Shown here: positions 60,188-64,000 of the stretch, in pieces
How the letters are laid out: each line of letters begins with the position of its first letter
How positions within the stretch are numbered: the first letter of the stretch is position 1
NCBI RefSeq assembly: GCF_041146345.1
Contig: NW_027191411.1
Location: 496,001-560,000, forward strand
Reading direction: 5' to 3'
From: Neodothiora populina
Taxonomy: Eukaryota
DNA length: 64,000 nucleotides
Program-made: the position numbers and the translations under genes
The notes under the pieces: generated by a model
Told to the model about the DNA's origin: nothing
Databases searched by the model: none
The model's input: the letters and a program-made list of their open reading frames with translations, nothing else

Positions 60188-63100
60188 TCACGCTCTGTTG
60201 ACGTCGATCCTCTTGACAAGATCACCGCCGAGCCTGGAAATCTCCTTCAACACGCCCTCCTTGTTGATAACAGCCAAGACCTCGTCCCCGTCTCCACTCT
60301 TGACGGGTACGGTCGAATACGCCAGATTGACCTTCCAGCCCCTGGGCGCCGTGTATGGTGTCCAGAGACCCGCGATGGTGTGCTCCGCTGCACCCTTGAA
60401 CAACACGACAGCCTGTCCATATGTCCTTTCGACTTCCTCGAAAAACAAGTCTTGGGGCGCAAATCCGACCGTCTCGGGATCCATGTTCTCGTCTGCGGCG
60501 GCGACTACCAGGTTCTTGAACTCGGATGACTTGCGGCTCTTCTTGCTGGGCTTTTTGTCGAGGTTAGCGAGATGGATGACGAAATCGTATTCGGCAGTCG
60601 CGCTGACGAACAACGACTCGACGTCGAGAGCTAGACTCTGGGATTCAATGACGCCAGTCGCGGCCTTGGCGAGTGCGGTGAGGCGAGCGGCGACGACCTT
60701 TGCGGGTACTCCGTCCGTCCACGTTGTGCCTTCGGCATCAACACTCGATGCTACGAAAAGACAAACGCGGTTCATCGAGGGATCGAGCTTTCGCCATGCC
60801 TCGAAACGGGTGGTGGTGGCCGCAACGGCATCGGCATTGAGGTCAGCGTTGATGTCCACAATCAGAGGATCAGCCCGCCAGTCCCAGCGAGACAGGAACG
60901 CAAGAGTGCGAGCGACGGCAGTCCGCACAGACGAAGGTGGCTGAAACGGATATGGACGAGTGAAAGTGTTGATGGCGAAAAGCTCAATGAGCTCGTCTGC
61001 GAAATGGTTGCTGAGCAGGTGTGACGCGAACCATTTCTTCAAGACACGAATAGTGGGAGAAAGGGCTTGATGGCGAGTGCAGAGCTTTTGCACAGCAGCA
61101 GTGTGAGCGGGGGAACGGAGGTAGATGCGCTTGTAGGAAGACAGAGCCTGGCTAGCGGCTTCCCTGGTAGACGGAGCAGCGGACTTGTCTTTTAGGATCC
61201 TATCCAAAAGAGTACTCTCGCGGTCGTGTTGGATCCGCAGGCGGAAAGAGGCATTGGTGGAGGGGTAGATGATGTCGAGGAAGCCCTGGTTCTGATATTC
61301 GAGATCTGAGTTCTCCAGACCCACACGAGCGACGACACCAGCATCCAGCTTGCCATACAAGCTTGCGATCTGTAGCAAGAAAGCCATTTTGGTGCGCTGA
61401 ATAGCAACGAGGTCATCCGGCCAGCGACCAGATCCCTCAAACTGGACGACGACATTAGCGGGCGTCTTCATCAGCTTGTCACCATCCATGGGGGAAGTGG
61501 TGGAAGAGTATCGAAGCTGCGGGTCGGCGGGCATGAGGGATCGAATGGTCAGGGGAAGATCTTCCATGCCTCTGAGGTCGCTCTCCAGGGTCTTGAAAGC
61601 CTCCATCAGTGGCTGGAAAGAGGCAATGCCATTGCTGTGCTTGACAAGCTTGGCAAAATCATCGCCGAAGAAAGAAGCTCGCTCGGCGACAGGCTTGCCA
61701 AAGTGACGCCAAAGGAGCCAGGTGATGATTTGCTGGATGATGGGCAGACCACCTTCCTTGGTGCTCCAGACCAGGGATTCGAGAATTGCGCCGTCACGGA
61801 AACGACGAAGCTCGGCCTTTTCACCCCAGAACTTGCGGAATTCGGCAGCCTCTTTCTTGTTCTCGGCGGCAGGGCCGTGGTCGACGGTCCGTGAAACGTT
61901 GGCAGGGTTCAGACTGACGTTGACGACGAGTTCACCCTTGCGAGACAGAGAGGGTCGAGCAGATCCAACCTGCCACGAGTCTTGCTGTGGCAGGACAATC
62001 TGGACCGAGGTGGCCCTGTCACCAAGACCGCGAGTGAGGACGTTGAAGATTGACTGGTAGCGGAGCAACATGTCGCGGTCCTCGGCATCAGAGGTAGCGA
62101 GAGCGGACAGGGGTAGCTTGACAGTGACATCGTGGCGCTGGACAAGGTTGTCTGCACGAAGGATGAATGTGGGCTCAAAAGTGTCGGCGAAAGGATCAGA
62201 GAGCATCTGCAGGGTCGTCCTGGCCTCGCCGCGAAGGTGCTGGTAGGACGAAGCGGTCATCTTGTAAAGAATGTTGATGCCGCGGGCGCCGTCGAAGAAG
62301 ACTGGCTGAGCGTCGTGGGCGGCGAGGGTCACGGTTCCGGCTTGAAGGACAGCGGGCGATCTGACCAGATCTTTGGCTGCGAGATATTGAAGAGTGGCCT
62401 TGAACAGCTGGTAGCTGCTGTAGCCGCTCGACAGAAGGGGCATGCCATTTCCGCCACCAGTCTGCAATAGCACAGCCATCAAGGCGGCCCACTCGAAGTT
62501 GCCGAATCCTCCTTTGGCGGTGTGGGAGGTCAAAGAGCGCTGTCTCAACCATACGCGGCCCAGCAGACAAGCGTCCTTGAATGCATCGCAGGTTGTCGAG
62601 GCGTGATGCAGGAGTTTGAGGTAAGCGGTGAGCTGGGAGTCGGCCTGGATGGAAGCGTTGTAGAAAGGGGTGGCGGGAAGTGATGCCGAAGTGTTGTCGT
62701 CGTCGTCGGCCTTGGCAGGTCTGACGCAGTTCTTCGAGGGAAGTAGCTTGTCCTTGGAAAAGACGTTGTCGGGAATGCTGGGGATGATGTTGATCTGCCA
62801 CTTGTTCTCCGACTTCTGCTCTTTGGCGCTGACGACCAGGATTGGGTGCAGGGGGTTGTCGTGGAAATTGGCGAATTTGAGGGTCAGGTCCTTGGCAGAC
62901 TTCAGACCAGCGGCAATACAGGCCAGGTAGTATGCCCTCTTGTACAGATATCTGTGGTTGACATAGTCCTTTTCCTGCAACAGAGAGGCAGGGATGGTCA
63001 CAAGCATGTCGATGGCCAGAGAAGCGTCGGTTCTCGACGAGAGCTTGAGGGGGAAGGAGCCGACGACGTTGATGTTTGCGGGCTTGGCGTAGGCCAACTT

Positions 63101-63405
63101 GTACTTGACGTCGAGAGCAGGTCTCGGATCGGGGAATGGAGTGGCGACCTTTGACTTCTTGATGAGTTCTCGCTCTGCATCGTGCACCGACTGAGCCTCT
63201 CTCGCCGGGATCAGCTCGATGGCCTTTTTCAGCTTGTGCAGAGCCTCTTCCGCGCTCGTCTCTCTCTTGCCGTGGCGAGGACGGATCTGGGCCAGCATCT
63301 CGTCGACCTGCAGCTTGAACATGTTGGATTTGAAGGTGCCGCCCGTGTATGCGGCAGCGCTGGCCTCGAGCATTCCCGCTCTCTTGGGGTTGTTCTTCTT
63401 GGCTG

Positions 63406-63439
<34 letters not shown>

Positions 63440-63697
63440 CTTCGACGAGGCTTTGGCGCTCTTTCGGTCGGCGGGTTGCTTGTCCGTCTCGTCCGTGTCT
63501 TCGTCTACGTCCTCGTCCTCGTCGCCGTCCATCTCTTCACTCGGATAGTCATCTTCGACGCTCTCGTCCTCGAATGTCATGTCCTGCTCTTCTCCGTCCT
63601 GGTTGAGTTCACGAAGCGAAGGTTCATCGCCGTCGCTGCTGCCTTGCTCCGAAGGGCTGTGACTGAGCTTTCTTCTTTTCGACGCCGGTACTGCCAT
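60188..63697 (-). CDS. UTP22: U3 snoRNP/Nrap protein Utp22
   Basis: SNMFKLQVDEML, EKDYVNHRYLYKRAYYLACIA, FRKFWGEKAELRRFRDGAILESLVW, FEGSGRWPDDLVAIQRTK and EISRLGGDLV. Confidence 0.96.
63407..63436 (-). repeat. Pure (CAG)10 coding microsatellite encoding polyQ in the Utp22 N-terminus
   Basis: (CTG)10 on the + strand; Q10 in the translation. Confidence 0.95.
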
Positions 63698-63810
63698 GAT
63701 TGCTTTTTGTTATAGCAGAAAAGGGCAGGTCTGGCTGAGGATGGAAGACGGAATCGAAACAGAATAGATTGTTCAATGGCTGATGGTCGGCTTGGCGCAG
63801 ATCATTTTTG

Positions 63811-63843
63811 GAAATTTTGACACGGTTTGGATCTTATCGATAA
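63811..63843. promoter_or_regulatory. Putative ribosome-biogenesis promoter motifs upstream of UTP22 (RRPE-like GAAATTTT; palindromic TTATCGATAA)
   Basis: Both motifs are read directly ~115-145 nt upstream of the UTP22 ATG. Function is inferred from yeast RRPE/PAC elements. Confidence 0.4.
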
Positions 63844-64000
63844 ACTAATAGTCTGTTTCCGCCCTCCGCCATAGGCTCTCCACCGTCCGCTCTCCGCTGT
63901 CCGCTCTACGCTTTTCGCTCTCCTCTCCGCGGGCATGTCTGTAGAGTGAGCTGGACATTTAATAACCAGTATACCAAAACTAAGACAAGTAAGAAGAGAA

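Noticed and set aside
60042..60944. 300-aa + strand ORF and similar long antisense ORFs over TIP20, UTP22, PML1 and the MFS gene
   Set aside because: They are shadow ORFs caused by codon bias of the real genes on the opposite strand.

Overview
Eukaryotic DNA from a filamentous ascomycete (Pezizomycotina). Evidence: short GT-AG introns of 49-77 nt with CTRAY-type branch sites, dispersed 5S rRNA genes and fungal gene families. The window holds about 23 protein-coding genes: DUF3405 (runs off the left edge), an RNAi-type RNA-dependent RNA polymerase, TIP20/RINT1, a RING/PWI-like protein with an apparent frameshift, a 'Swiss army knife'-type HAD protein, SNIP1/Pml1, a GT32 glycosyltransferase, DUF3431, a GPI-type PLC-like phosphodiesterase, an LCCL membrane protein, BSD2, a YdcJ/HglS dioxygenase, NOP9, a DUF7770-like protein, a DHA1 MFS transporter, a group II PLP decarboxylase, PMP3, a short unspecific peroxygenase, AlaX, UTP22 and several hypothetical proteins. 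Two identical 5S rRNA genes in direct orientation bracket a 14.5-kb block of secretory/cell-surface genes. Other notable non-coding signals are a 14-bp tandem array made of GATA sites upstream of the HglS gene, a hairpin cluster (including a perfect 16-bp stem) at 38.0-38.4 kb, and a decayed ~95-bp repeat array with RIP-like changes at 57.7-58.3 kb. No tRNA, CRISPR array or intact transposon was recognised. Family calls come from motifs recognised by eye, not from database searches.
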